From positions 870,001-902,000 of the forward strand of contig NZ_CP027570.1 of NCBI RefSeq assembly GCF_003010495.1: a stretch of 32,000 nucleotides of DNA. The letters run 5' to 3'. Shown piece after piece: positions 1-8,388 of this stretch. The notes below the pieces were generated by a model. It saw only the letters and a list, made by a program, of their open reading frames with translations. It had not been told where the DNA came from and made no database searches. The number at the start of each line of letters is the position of its first letter. The first letter of the stretch is position 1. The DNA is from Megasphaera elsdenii DSM 20460. Lineage in GTDB: Bacteria; Bacillota; Negativicutes; Veillonellales; Megasphaeraceae. Made by a program: the position numbers and the translations under genes.

Positions 1-3000
1 CCGACTTTGTCGACGCGGCTGTCCAGCTTGTTGACCTTGTTTTCAACGCCCGTGACGCGTTCATTGGTCTGATAGAGCTGGGCCCCGTTGACGGCGTCCG
101 TGCTATTGGCCGAAAGGTCACCGGCTGCCACGTTGACAACCTTCTGATTGTTGGCGTTGATGCCGCTTTCGCTGATGTAAGTCTTGTCACCGACCTTGTA
201 GGAAGAAGCGGTCATGCTGCCAGCAACCGTAGCGTTGCCACCGACGCTGAGATCTTTTTCCATAGTGACAATATCCTTAAAGGTGGCTGTGCCATCGAAG
301 GTAGACGTGCTGGTGACGTGGAGCGTATCCGTCGTCGTGCCACCTTTGATAGTAGCACCGTTGTTGACGACAAGTTTATTTGTCGTCGTTGTCCCGTTTA
401 CAGTCAGGTCTTTCTGAACCGTAGCGTTGGATTCCATGGTGACGTTGCCTTTCAGGTCAGATGTGCCATTGACAGTTAAGTTCTTGCCAACGTTTGCATT
501 GCCCTGCAGGTCCGAATCGCCTTTGACAGTCAGTTTCTGATCAACCGTTGCATTGCCATGGACACCGAGGTCCTTCATGACTTCGGCATAATCCATCTTA
601 GCCTGACCCGTTTCAATCGTGTTGCCAGAAATGGTGGTCTTTGTGACAGTCCCTTCTTTAATGGCCGTATTGTGTGCCTTATTTTCGAAGGTAGTACCAT
701 TGGTATCACTGGTCACTGTGTTATCGCCGGTAATATTAGTAATCTTAGTGGCTACGTTACCAATTTCTCCATCAGCAAAGTTCAGGATGTCGCCGGAAGC
801 TTCATTTAGAATATCTTTCGACTTGTTGTAAATAGTGCCGCCTTCCGCAGTATTGGTGATACCATCAGCAGTCATTTCGCTCTTCACAGCAGAGCCATCA
901 CCAATCTGACTGGTAATCTTTTCAGAAGCTTTGTTGGTAATGTTCTTGGCACTCAGGCTGCTGTCGCCGGTCACCGTGGTAGTCTGGCTGCCGCCGATGG
1001 TGTTGACCTGGTCACCGGTAATGCTATTGGTCTGCTTGCCAGTTACTGTCGTGCTCTGGTCGCCATTGACTTTCGTAGTCTGGCTGCCGTAGGTTTCGTT
1101 CACGGCACCCTTCACGGTTTCAGTCTTGTTACCGCTGACCGTATTGGTCTGATCCTTGGCTACCACAGTAGTCTGGTTGCCACCAATGTTCGTGCTCTGG
1201 TCGCCATCTACGGTAGTTGCCTGGCTGCCGTACTTCTCGGTTACAGAACCCTTGACAGTTTCGGTCTTGCTGCCGCTGACATTATTGGTCTGGTTACCGG
1301 TTACGATGGTAGTCTGGTTGCCGCCCACAGAGGTCTTCTGGTCGGTCTTGACGTTGGTCTCCAGGGCATTGAAGTTTTCAGTTTCGGTGCCCTTCACATT
1401 GACGGTACGGTTGCCGGAAACCGTGGTGGTCTGGTTGCCCGTTACCGCATGGGTTTCGTCGCCGCCCACCTTCGTGCTCAGGTCGGACTTGTAATCTTCC
1501 GTGACCTTGCCGGTTACGGTGGTGGTGCTGGTCCCCATGATGGTGTCGATCAGGTTGCCGCCGACGGTGTTGGTCATGTTCCCAGTGGTGGTATTGCTGA
1601 TGTTTGCAGCGCTGTTGCTGATATCGCCGCTGGTGGTATTGGTGATGCCGCTGGCCGTCATGGTGCTGCCGGTGGTATTGGTGCCATCGGTCACGGCTGC
1701 ACTGATGGTACCGGTGCCGGAATCTTTCACCACATCCAGGATCGTGGAACCGTTCACCAGGGCATCTTCCATCTTAGTAGCTGTCTTAGACGTAGCGCTG
1801 TACTGGGTATCGCTGGCTTTGATCAGCTGTTCCGATTTGTCTACGGTGTTGCTGCTGTTGTTGACCTTGGTTCCGTCGGTAATGGAGGAAGCGAGGCTTC
1901 CGGCATTCTGGTTCACAACCGTGGTGTTGGTGCCGTCCGTTACGGAAGAGGCAACCTGGTCCGCCTTCTGCAGGCTGTTGGAGGTATTGGTTCCATCGGT
2001 AATGTTGGTGTTGGTCTGACCGGCTACGGTGTCGATGGTGGTCTTCTTGTCACCATCAATCAGCTGGGATTTTTCTTCTGCTGCACCGCGGAGATAGGAA
2101 GCGGTCTTGCCATCAGCCTGGCTCATTTCTTCTTTAGTCTGATAAGACAGCTGGGTGGAAGTATTGGAACCGGCATCGTTCGTCACTTTCTGTACGATGG
2201 AGCTGGTAGCATCGGTTTCTACATCGATAGCCTTGTTGGTAATCTTGTTCTTCGCTTCGTTGGTGATGTTTTCTGCCGTCAGGCTGCTGTCACCAGTTAC
2301 AGTCGTGGTCTGATTGCCACCTACCGTGGTGCTCAGGTTAGCTTTATAGTCTTCCGTTACATCGCCGGTCACCGTGGTAGTCTGGCTGCCGCCGATGGTG
2401 TTGACCTGGTCACCGGTAATGCTATTGGTCTGCTTGCCGGTTACTGTCATGCTCTGGTCGCCATTGACTTTCGTAGTCTGGCTGCCATAAGTTTCGCTCA
2501 CCGCGCCTTTGACGGTTTCCGTCTTGCTGCCACTGATGGTATTGGTCTGGTTGCCAGTTACCACATTTTCCTGATTGCCGCCCACATGGGTGCTCTGGTC
2601 ACCATCAACCGTAGTTGCCTGGCTGCCATAAGTTTCGCTCACAGCACCTTTGACGGTTTCGGTCTTGCTGCCGCTTACGGTATTCTGCTGATTGCCGGCT
2701 ACGATGTTGGTCTGGTTGCCACCTACAGAAGTTCTTTGATTCGTCTTGATGCTGGTGACCTGGGCATTGAAGTTTTCCGTTTCCGTCCCTTTCACATTGA
2801 CCGTACGGTCTCCGGACACGGTATTGGTCTGGCTGCCAGCTACATAATGGGTTTCATTGCCGCCAACCTTGGTAGACAGGTCGGACTTGTAGTCTTCTGT
2901 GACCTTGCCGGTAACTGTTTCCGTCAGAGTTCCTTTTACGGTATTGCTCTGGTTACCAGTTACTTCGGTACTCATATCACCACCAACAGTCGTCGTCAGA

Positions 3001-6000
3001 TTCTTGCCAATGGTATTGGTCATGTTATCTGTCGTAGTGTTGGTGATGTTCTTGGCGTTGTTGCTCAAGGTTTCCGAAGCAATGTTAGCAATGTTCTTGG
3101 CATCGTTTGTAATACTTCCATTCTTAGCTGTATTAGTGATATTTTCCGAAGCTGTATTTTCGATATTTTTAGCAGTGTTGGAAATAGTACCGTTATTAGC
3201 TGTATTGGAAATATTTCCATTGGTCGATGTATTGGTAATGTTATTTGCTGCTTCATTGGAAATCGTATCCGATGCTTTATTGACCAATTTCTGAGCTTCG
3301 TTAGTGATAGTACCCTGTTTTGCCGTATTGGTAATATCCGTCGTAGTCTGGGCGGAAGAAGTCGTGTTGGTTCCATCGGTGACTTCGCTGGTGATGTTAT
3401 CTACCTTCTGATCTACCTTGGAGAATACCGTATCAGACGAATTAATCTGATTCAGGATTTCATTGACACGCTGCTGGAACGTCGAGGTCTTACCTTCCTT
3501 ATCTTGGAGGACACTACTGGATTTCGTTGCACTCTGAGTTGCTGTATTGGTGTTACTATCTTTATCCTTCAGTGTGCTCTGTGACTGAGTAGATGTCTGT
3601 GTAGACAGGTTGCTGTTCTTTTCAGAATCGATAACCTTGGACGTTACATCGTTGCCTTCTACAGTCAAAGTACTCTTGTTCCAGTTACCATCTGCATCGG
3701 TAGATTTCGCCCATGTAGAAGTGCCGTTTTCATCATAATCAATGGCACTTTCTTTTTCACTGCCATCTTTCGTGCTGGTAGCTTTCTTATAGGACGTGAT
3801 TTCACCGGCTGCCACTTTCGTGCTGGCCGTTACGTTGTTGTCACCTACAATACCATTCTTGGTCAGGTCGATTTCATCCACATTCAGCTTGCCATTGACC
3901 GTTAAGTCACCGCCGATGGTGGCATTGCCGCTGGTGGTGATGGTTTCAGCGCTCAGGTTCTTCACACCGGTGAGGTTGCCATTCTGCATAGTTGCCGTGC
4001 CATCAGAGATGCTCTTACCCTGGATAGCGCCGCCGGCGGTCAGGTCACCGGTAATGGTGGCGCTGCCTGCTGTGAGAGCGCCCTGGATGGAAGCGCTGGC
4101 TCCCGTAATGGCGCCGCCTGCGTGGATATCACCCACTGCAGAGATGTTGCCTGTGGAAGTTACGGTGCCGCCGGTAATGGTACCGCTGGTATTGATGTTG
4201 CCATTGGTAATGGTAGCAATCCCATCGGTCAGGGTCTTGCCGGTTACTGTTCCGTTGCTCATGGAAGCACCCTTACCGTCGGTTACTGTTTCGCCGGTGA
4301 TAGTTGCCTTAGAAGTGACATTTCCATTTTCATCCACGGTGAAAGCCCCGTTGGCCCCTTTGATCTTGCCGTCAGCGCTCATAGCTGCTTTGGCTTCGCT
4401 ATAGGTATCGCCGCCGGTGTAGACACCGTCTTTATCCACCACCGTGCTGTTGGTGCCAACCTTGATTCCATTTTCGTTCATGGTGATCTGGTTGTCCTTG
4501 CCCTTGTTCAGGATCATTTCATTGGCATCGGTCTTGGAAGTGGTCACCATACCGTCATCAGCCACCGTCGTGGTGTTCTTTTGCAGCACGTTGTCTTCGC
4601 TCAGGCTCAGGCCGCTGTTCACGGCTTCCGCCAGTTTTTTATCAGCCCCGATGCGGGCTTCTTTTTCGGCGGCGTCGGCTGCGTTCAGAGCCGCAAACCC
4701 ATTGGCCATATTGGTATTGATGGTATTGAACCCATCCACCATATTCTGGTTGACCTGTTCAATGACCTTGTCTTGGGCTGCATCGGCACCGATCCGGGCT
4801 GACGTTTCCTTAGCAAGGGCCGCATCGAGATTAGTTACGTTTTCACCGATGGTTTTGGCCGCTTTCACAATGGCCCCATCCTGTACGGTGGCATCGGTCT
4901 TGCTCACATAATTGTCAGAAGTCTGTTTTTCCAGATATTCTTTCACATTGGTGATACGTTCGTTCAGAGCTGTATCGCCAGCTTCACGAGCAGCCGTTTC
5001 CGTATTGAGGTCACTTTGCAACTGATTCGTCGTTTCGTGAATCGCATTTGCTTCGTTTGTAATGCGTTCGTTCAGTTCATTATCGGCCGCCTCACGAGCA
5101 GTCGTTTCCGTATTCAGGTCATCCTGCAATTTATTCGTGGTTTCGTGGATTGCATTGGCTTCGTTCGTAATCCGTTCATTCAGTTCATTGTCTTTAGCTT
5201 CACGAGCCGCAGCTTCGTTATTAATATTGGTCTGCAGCTGTTTATCCGCATTTTCCAGATTGGTAACCGAATATTTGCGCTTCCGTGCTTCTTCCTCAAT
5301 GGCATCGGCATTGGCTTTGGCTTGCGTATCGAGGGCAACGATATTTTCGCCTACCGTATTGCCGGCCGTTACATAATTCCCGCTGATAAGGGTATTATCC
5401 ACGACGCCCTGCATGCCGACGACTTTATTTTTAGCGGTAATATTGGTCTGGGAAACGATTTCGTTACCGTTGATGGTAGACTGGGAAGTCAAGGTACCTT
5501 TGACCAGAGCATTGCCATCCACGTTCAGGTTGCCACGGCTGTTCAGGCTGCCCGCATTGACGGCACCGCCTACATTGGCGTTGTGGCCTACGCTGATAGA
5601 ATTGGTCACCCTGGCAGAGCCGGCAGTGAGTTTATCGCTTACATCGACAGAAGCGGCGCTGATATTGCCCGTAGCGTCGATGCTGCCCGTGGAAATGGCA
5701 TTGCCTTTAATGGTGGTAGAGGACGAAGAAGTTCCATCATTATAAGTAAAGGTTGTCCCGGTCGATTTAGCAGTAGCAACCTGGGAATATTCTCCTGCAG
5801 TATCTCCCGCAGTATCAATAATCTGTCCATTTGAAGATGTACTGGAAATGTCATTAGTTGCCTTGCTCACAATCGCTCCAGTTCTGGCGCGATATTCTGT
5901 ATAAGCTGTACCGCCATCATTGGCAAGTCCTGCCGCCTCATTATTGACTACACCAATCTGTGCTCCGCTTCCATTGACCTGAAGAGTTGCGCTATACTGA

Positions 6001-6491
6001 TTGCCCTTATATGTCATGGATTCATTAATAGAAGTACTATTAGCATCTGCTACTCTGGTAAGAGAGGCTGTCTTAGTTTCAACCGCGGAAGTTCTGGAAT
6101 CCAGTTTGGTATCCGCCGCTTCACGGGCTGCTGCTTCATTATCGATATTGGTCTGCAGCTGTTCATCCGCAGTTTTCAGATCCGAAATATCACTGGTATT
6201 TTTACTTACAGTCGTATTTTTGGCATATTCACCTAGCTGAATGTCTACGCCATCTTTCGTATAAACCGTCTGCTCTGTACCAGACACATCTTTGACAGTA
6301 ACATAATCATCAGCAGCTGATACATATCCCGCTCCGAGGGGGCTAATCAATAAAGCTGCTACGGCTGCCAGTACAGCCCGTTTCGCCATACGGCCCGTGC
6401 TCGTGGATTTGCTCGTTCCTTTGGCTAATTCTGAAGCTACGACGTAGCAATTTTTTGTTTTACTCCATATGACTTTAAATATCCTATTCAT
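1..6491 (-). CDS. Trimeric autotransporter adhesin (YadA-like, type Vc); 5' end complete, 3' end beyond window (2163 codons in window)
   Basis: The minus frame runs from ATG 6491 (SD aaagga 8-13 nt upstream) to the window edge with no stop. The track reports no minus ORF in this frame, as expected for an open-ended ORF. The N-terminus MNRIFKVIWSKTKNCYVVASELAKG is the extended signal peptide region typical of type V autotransporters. NSTDAVNGAQLYQTNERV (DAVNGAQLY = 72..98), followed by coiled-coil sequence, is the YadA-type stalk motif that precedes the anchor. The passenger is T/N/G/S-rich and repetitive. All + strand ORFs listed for 214..6240 are antisense shadows. Confidence 0.9.
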   Translation of the reverse strand, partial: MNRIFKVIWSKTKNCYVVASELAKGTSKSTSTGRMAKRAVLAAVAALLISPLGAGYVSAADDYVTVKDVSGTEQTVYTKDGVDIQLGEYAKNTTVSKNTSDISDLKTADEQLQTNIDNEAAAREAADTKLDSRTSAVETKTASLTRVADANSTSINESMTYKGNQYSATLQVNGSGAQIGVVNNEAAGLANDGGTAYTEYRARTGAIVSKATNDISSTSSNGQIIDTAGDTAGEYSQVATAKSTGTTFTYNDGTSSSSTTIKGNAISTGSIDATGNISAASVDVSDKLTAGSARVTNSISVGHNANVGGAVNAGSLNSRGNLNVDGNALVKGTLTSQSTINGNEIVSQTNITAKNKVVGMQGVVDNTLISGNYVTAGNTVGENIVALDTQAKANADAIEEEARKRKYSVTNLENADKQLQTNINNEAAAREAKDNELNERITNEANAIHETTNKLQDDLNTETTAREAADNELNERITNEANAIHETTNQLQSDLNTETAAREAGDTALNERITNVKEYLEKQTSDNYVSKTDATVQDGAIVKAAKTIGENVTNLDAALAKETSARIGADAAQDKVIEQVNQNMVDGFNTINTNMANGFAALNAADAAEKEARIGADKKLAEAVNSGLSLSEDNVLQKNTTTVADDGMVTTSKTDANEMILNKGKDNQITMNENGIKVGTNSTVVDKDGVYTGGDTYSEAKAAMSADGKIKGANGAFTVDENGNVTSKATITGETVTDGKGASMSNGTVTGKTLTDGIATITNGNINTSGTITGGTVTSTGNISAVGDIHAGGAITGASASIQGALTAGSATITGDLTAGGAIQGKSISDGTATMQNGNLTGVKNLSAETITTSGNATIGGDLTVNGKLNVDEIDLTKNGIVGDNNVTASTKVAAGEITSYKKATSTKDGSEKESAIDYDENGTSTWAKSTDADGNWNKSTLTVEGNDVTSKVIDSEKNSNLSTQTSTQSQSTLKDKDSNTNTATQSATKSSSVLQDKEGKTSTFQQRVNEILNQINSSDTVFSKVDQKVDNITSEVTDGTNTTSSAQTTTDITNTAKQGTITNEAQKLVNKASDTISNEAANNITNTSTNGNISNTANNGTISNTAKNIENTASENITNTAKNGSITNDAKNIANIASETLSNNAKNITNTTTDNMTNTIGKNLTTTVGGDMSTEVTGNQSNTVKGTLTETVTGKVTEDYKSDLSTKVGGNETHYVAGSQTNTVSGDRTVNVKGTETENFNAQVTSIKTNQRTSVGGNQTNIVAGNQQNTVSGSKTETVKGAVSETYGSQATTVDGDQSTHVGGNQENVVTGNQTNTISGSKTETVKGAVSETYGSQTTKVNGDQSMTVTGKQTNSITGDQVNTIGGSQTTTVTGDVTEDYKANLSTTVGGNQTTTVTGDSSLTAENITNEAKNKITNKAIDVETDATSSIVQKVTNDAGSNTSTQLSYQTKEEMSQADGKTASYLRGAAEEKSQLIDGDKKTTIDTVAGQTNTNITDGTNTSNSLQKADQVASSVTDGTNTTVVNQNAGSLASSITDGTKVNNSSNTVDKSEQLIKASDTQYSATSKTATKMEDALVNGSTILDVVKDSGTGTISAAVTDGTNTTGSTMTASGITNTTSGDISNSAANISNTTTGNMTNTVGGNLIDTIMGTSTTTVTGKVTEDYKSDLSTKVGGDETHAVTGNQTTTVSGNRTVNVKGTETENFNALETNVKTDQKTSVGGNQTTIVTGNQTNNVSGSKTETVKGSVTEKYGSQATTVDGDQSTNIGGNQTTVVAKDQTNTVSGNKTETVKGAVNETYGSQTTKVNGDQSTTVTGKQTNSITGDQVNTIGGSQTTTVTGDSSLSAKNITNKASEKITSQIGDGSAVKSEMTADGITNTAEGGTIYNKSKDILNEASGDILNFADGEIGNVATKITNITGDNTVTSDTNGTTFENKAHNTAIKEGTVTKTTISGNTIETGQAKMDYAEVMKDLGVHGNATVDQKLTVKGDSDLQGNANVGKNLTVNGTSDLKGNVTMESNATVQKDLTVNGTTTTNKLVVNNGATIKGGTTTDTLHVTSTSTFDGTATFKDIVTMEKDLSVGGNATVAGSMTASSYKVGDKTYISESGINANNQKVVNVAAGDLSANSTDAVNGAQLYQTNERVTGVENKVNKLDSRVDKV
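965..1520 (-). repeat. Intragenic long direct repeat, copy A (pairs with 2363..2918)
   Basis: It aligns with 2363..2918 at a constant offset of 1398 nt (466 codons, in frame) at both ends. I see only 2 mismatches in the first ~115 nt; the remainder is roughly 75-85% identical by eye. Confidence 0.8.
2363..2918 (-). repeat. Intragenic long direct repeat, copy B
   Basis: See copy A. The shared string cgccggtcaccgtggtagtctggctgccgccgatggtgttgacctggtcaccggtaatgctattggtctgcttgcc occurs at 965 and 2363. Confidence 0.8.
4953..5276 (-). repeat. Tandem 108-nt (36-aa) coiled-coil stalk repeats, about 3 units
   Basis: Units start at 4953, 5061 and 5169 (..acgttcgttcag.. / ..gcgttcgttcagttcatt.. / ..ccgttcattcagttcatt..). 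They encode NELNERITNEANAIHETTNKLQxDLNTETxAREA-type heptad sequence. A related partial unit lies at about 6105..6190. Confidence 0.75.
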
Positions 6492-6584
6492 ATTTTCGCA
6501 TCCTTTCTGCATTAAAATTCGTCCTCGACCCTATTTTTGCGTACAAAAATAGAACCTGATGAAATACGAACTTTTTTTGATTTT

Positions 6585-6932
6585 TTATGCATCTTTGCTG
6601 AAGATGAATTTGAAATAATCTTCCTGGAACTGGCGATATTTCCGTTTGGCCAGAGGAATTTTGTGTCCCTTCACTTCGATGTATTCGCTCTTTATGATGT
6701 GAATTGCGGACTGGTTGACGATGTAACCTTTTCCGGGAGAGACGAACTGGCCGGGGGCGAGGGTTTCAAAGGTCTGCAGCATGGCCAGCAGGGACTGGCG
6801 CGTTTCCAGCATGGAGCCATCTACGGTATGGACTTGTTGGACGTGGCCGTTGCTCTCGACGAAGAGGATATGATTGATTTCCTCGACCTGGATGCCGCCA
6901 CCGACAAGGCGAAAGATGACTTTTTTCCGCAT
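6585..6932 (-). CDS. Stand-alone LytTR-domain DNA-binding protein (115 aa)
   Basis: The sequence MRKKVIFRLVGGGIQVEEINHILFVESNGHVQQVHTVDG...GYIVNQSAIHII...KIPLAKRKYRQF follows the LytTR fold pattern, although the usual HRS is replaced by GKG. The start was moved to ATG 6932 because of the SD aggagg at 6939..6944. There is no receiver domain. The gene is co-directional with the adhesin and lies 93 bp upstream of it. Confidence 0.7.
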   Translation of the reverse strand: MRKKVIFRLVGGGIQVEEINHILFVESNGHVQQVHTVDGSMLETRQSLLAMLQTFETLAPGQFVSPGKGYIVNQSAIHIIKSEYIEVKGHKIPLAKRKYRQFQEDYFKFIFSKDA

Positions 6933-7121
6933 AGGATACCTCCTTTCTGTTCGTGATAGGGAAGCACTTGTATTGGCAATCTTATTATAGCGTAATTTTC
7001 TGATTAAATATTCAACGCGAACTGAAATGCACATTTTTTGGCGTAAATTGATAAATGTAACTTATAGAATTATAAAACAGAAAAGTATATAGTTATCTCC
7101 GATGAGAGCGAGAAAGGCCAT

Positions 7122-7150
7122 TGCATCGTGTTCCTAAATATGGTATGATA
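7122..7150 (+). promoter_or_regulatory. Sigma-70-type promoter with extended -10
   Basis: TTGCAT (7122..7127), a 17-nt spacer, then TGgTATGAT. Confidence 0.6.
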
Positions 7151-7313
7151 CGGCCGAGGCAAAAGATAGCATCACCTGGTGTGAGTTATACTTTTTTTTC
7201 GGATATTTCTAAAGATGGTTTTGTCATCTGCTTGGATCTGATTCAGACCGAGACAGAAAGGATTAGGTGGGATTGTTACAGATTTCACCTGCACTATGGA
7301 TATTTGTCGCTTA

Positions 7314-7349
7314 GACACCTTTCGGTCTGTGCCGGAAGGTGTTTTTTTG
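7314..7349 (+). terminator. Intrinsic terminator/attenuator in the leader of the BASS-panC operon
   Basis: An 11-bp stem, acacctttcgg (7314..7324) pairing with ccggaaggtgt (7331..7341), encloses the 6-nt loop tctgtg and is followed by TTTTTTTGTTCTTTT. There is no upstream + strand gene to terminate. The RBS and start of the transporter follow about 25 nt later. Confidence 0.7.
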
Positions 7350-7386
7350 TTCTTTTGCCCCAGATTCCAATAGGGAGGTTTTTTTG

Positions 7387-8361
7387 TTGAAAAAGTGTTG
7401 TGATTTTCTGGTAAACAACATGGCCATTTTCGTCGTCCTCATCGGTATCGTCGGCGCCGTATGGCCGCAGACCCTGCAGTGGGTCAAGCCTTATGTCGGC
7501 TGGCTCCTGGGTATCGTCATGTTCGGCATGGGCATGACCTTGACCGTTCAGGATTTCAAGACCGTCTTCAAACGGCCGTGGGAAGTCCTCATCGGCGTCG
7601 TCGCCCAGTTCATCATCATGCCCTTCGTGGCCTGGGCCCTGGTCCGTCTCTTTACCCTGCCGCCGGAACTGGCTATTGGCGTCATCCTCGTCGGGACCTG
7701 CCCGGGCGGGACGGCATCGAATGTCATTTCCTACCTGGCTAAGGGCGATGTCGCCCTGTCCGTATCGATGACCATGTCGACGACGCTCCTGGCGCCCATT
7801 GTGACGCCGACCCTGACCTGGTTCCTGGCAGGCGCCTGGATCCACGTTTCCTTCGTGTCCATGATGATTTCCATTGCGGAAATGGTCCTGGTACCGGTCC
7901 TGCTCGGCCTGGCAGCTCATCATTTCTTTGCCAGCCGCGTCGAAAAGGTCCTGCCGGCGATGCCCGTCATTTCCGTCGTCACCATCGTCATCCTCGTCGG
8001 CTGCGTCGTATCCCTCAGCGCATCGCGCCTGTTCGACGTTGGCCTGCTCATGGCAGCCATCGTCATCTTGCACAACGTCTTTGGCCTGGCCCTGGGCTAT
8101 GGTATGGCCAAATTGTTCCGCCTCGATTCGCGTAAATCCCGGACCGTGGCCATCGAAGTGGGGATGCAAAATTCCGGTATGGCTGCCTCCCTGGCTGTCT
8201 TATATTTCAATCCGGCAGCGGCTATCCCCGGCGCTATCTTCAGCGTATGGCACAATATTTCCGGGTCCATCGTGGCCAATTTCTTCTCGCGCCGCGATGA
8301 AAAAGCCGAAGAAAAGGCCCGCGCCCTGTCTGTCGATAAATCGAGTGTTCCTACTCATTAA
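7387..8361 (+). CDS. Bile acid:sodium symporter (BASS/SBF) family transporter, possibly PanS-like
   Basis: The translated sequence has BASS hallmarks (GMGMTL, CPGGTASNV, EVGMQNSG). The start is probably TTG 7384 or 7387, downstream of GGGAGG 7373..7378. ATG 7420 is the alternative. Confidence 0.85.
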   Translation: MKKCCDFLVNNMAIFVVLIGIVGAVWPQTLQWVKPYVGWLLGIVMFGMGMTLTVQDFKTVFKRPWEVLIGVVAQFIIMPFVAWALVRLFTLPPELAIGVILVGTCPGGTASNVISYLAKGDVALSVSMTMSTTLLAPIVTPTLTWFLAGAWIHVSFVSMMISIAEMVLVPVLLGLAAHHFFASRVEKVLPAMPVISVVTIVILVGCVVSLSASRLFDVGLLMAAIVILHNVFGLALGYGMAKLFRLDSRKSRTVAIEVGMQNSGMAASLAVLYFNPAAAIPGAIFSVWHNISGSIVANFFSRRDEKAEEKARALSVDKSSVPTH

Positions 8362-8388
8362 TTTATATTCCAAAGGAGTCTTAATATC

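Noticed and set aside
4431-4440. DnaA-box-like ttatccacc
   Set aside because: It is a single 8/9 match inside the adhesin gene with no clustering or AT-rich unwinding element, so it is not evidence for oriC in this window.
214-6240. Many + strand ORFs (for example 1449..3584 at 711 aa, 4122..4802, 5016..5834) across the first 6.5 kb
   Set aside because: They are low-complexity G/V/A/I-rich translations antisense to the uninterrupted minus-strand adhesin frame. That frame has a bona fide ESPR N-terminus, an SD and a YadA stalk motif. The + ORFs have no SD and overlap each other in several frames.
1-6491. Periodic repeats that might be mistaken for a CRISPR array
   Set aside because: The repeats are in-frame protein repeats of 108 nt and about 556 nt. 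There is no short repeat/unique spacer alternation, and no cas genes are in the window.
6532-6553. 9-bp inverted repeat ctatttttg-cgta-caaaaatag as a terminator between the LytTR gene and the adhesin
   Set aside because: The stem is entirely A/T-rich with no GC clamp and no proper U-tract on the minus strand. It is too weak to call a terminator and is kept only as a possible operator under the LytTR finding.
6933-7034. N-terminal extension of the LytTR ORF; analogous long N-terminal extensions at 21300..21431, 24478..24651 and 12651..12707
   Set aside because: The internal ATGs have well-spaced SD sequences and give family-typical lengths. The extensions have none and overlap promoter or upstream-gene sequence.
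7171-7198. tcacctggtgtga followed by T8, as an early terminator in the leader
   Set aside because: Only a 4-bp stem can form, which makes an intrinsic terminator unlikely.
7121-7390. 89-aa + ORF in the BASS-panC leader
   Set aside because: It starts inside the promoter -35, has no SD and reads through the terminator hairpin. The region is better explained as a regulatory leader RNA.
7294-8169. 291-aa minus-strand ORF rich in D/G/H/R
   Set aside because: It is the antisense shadow of the BASS transporter gene. Its composition is not protein-like and it has no RBS.
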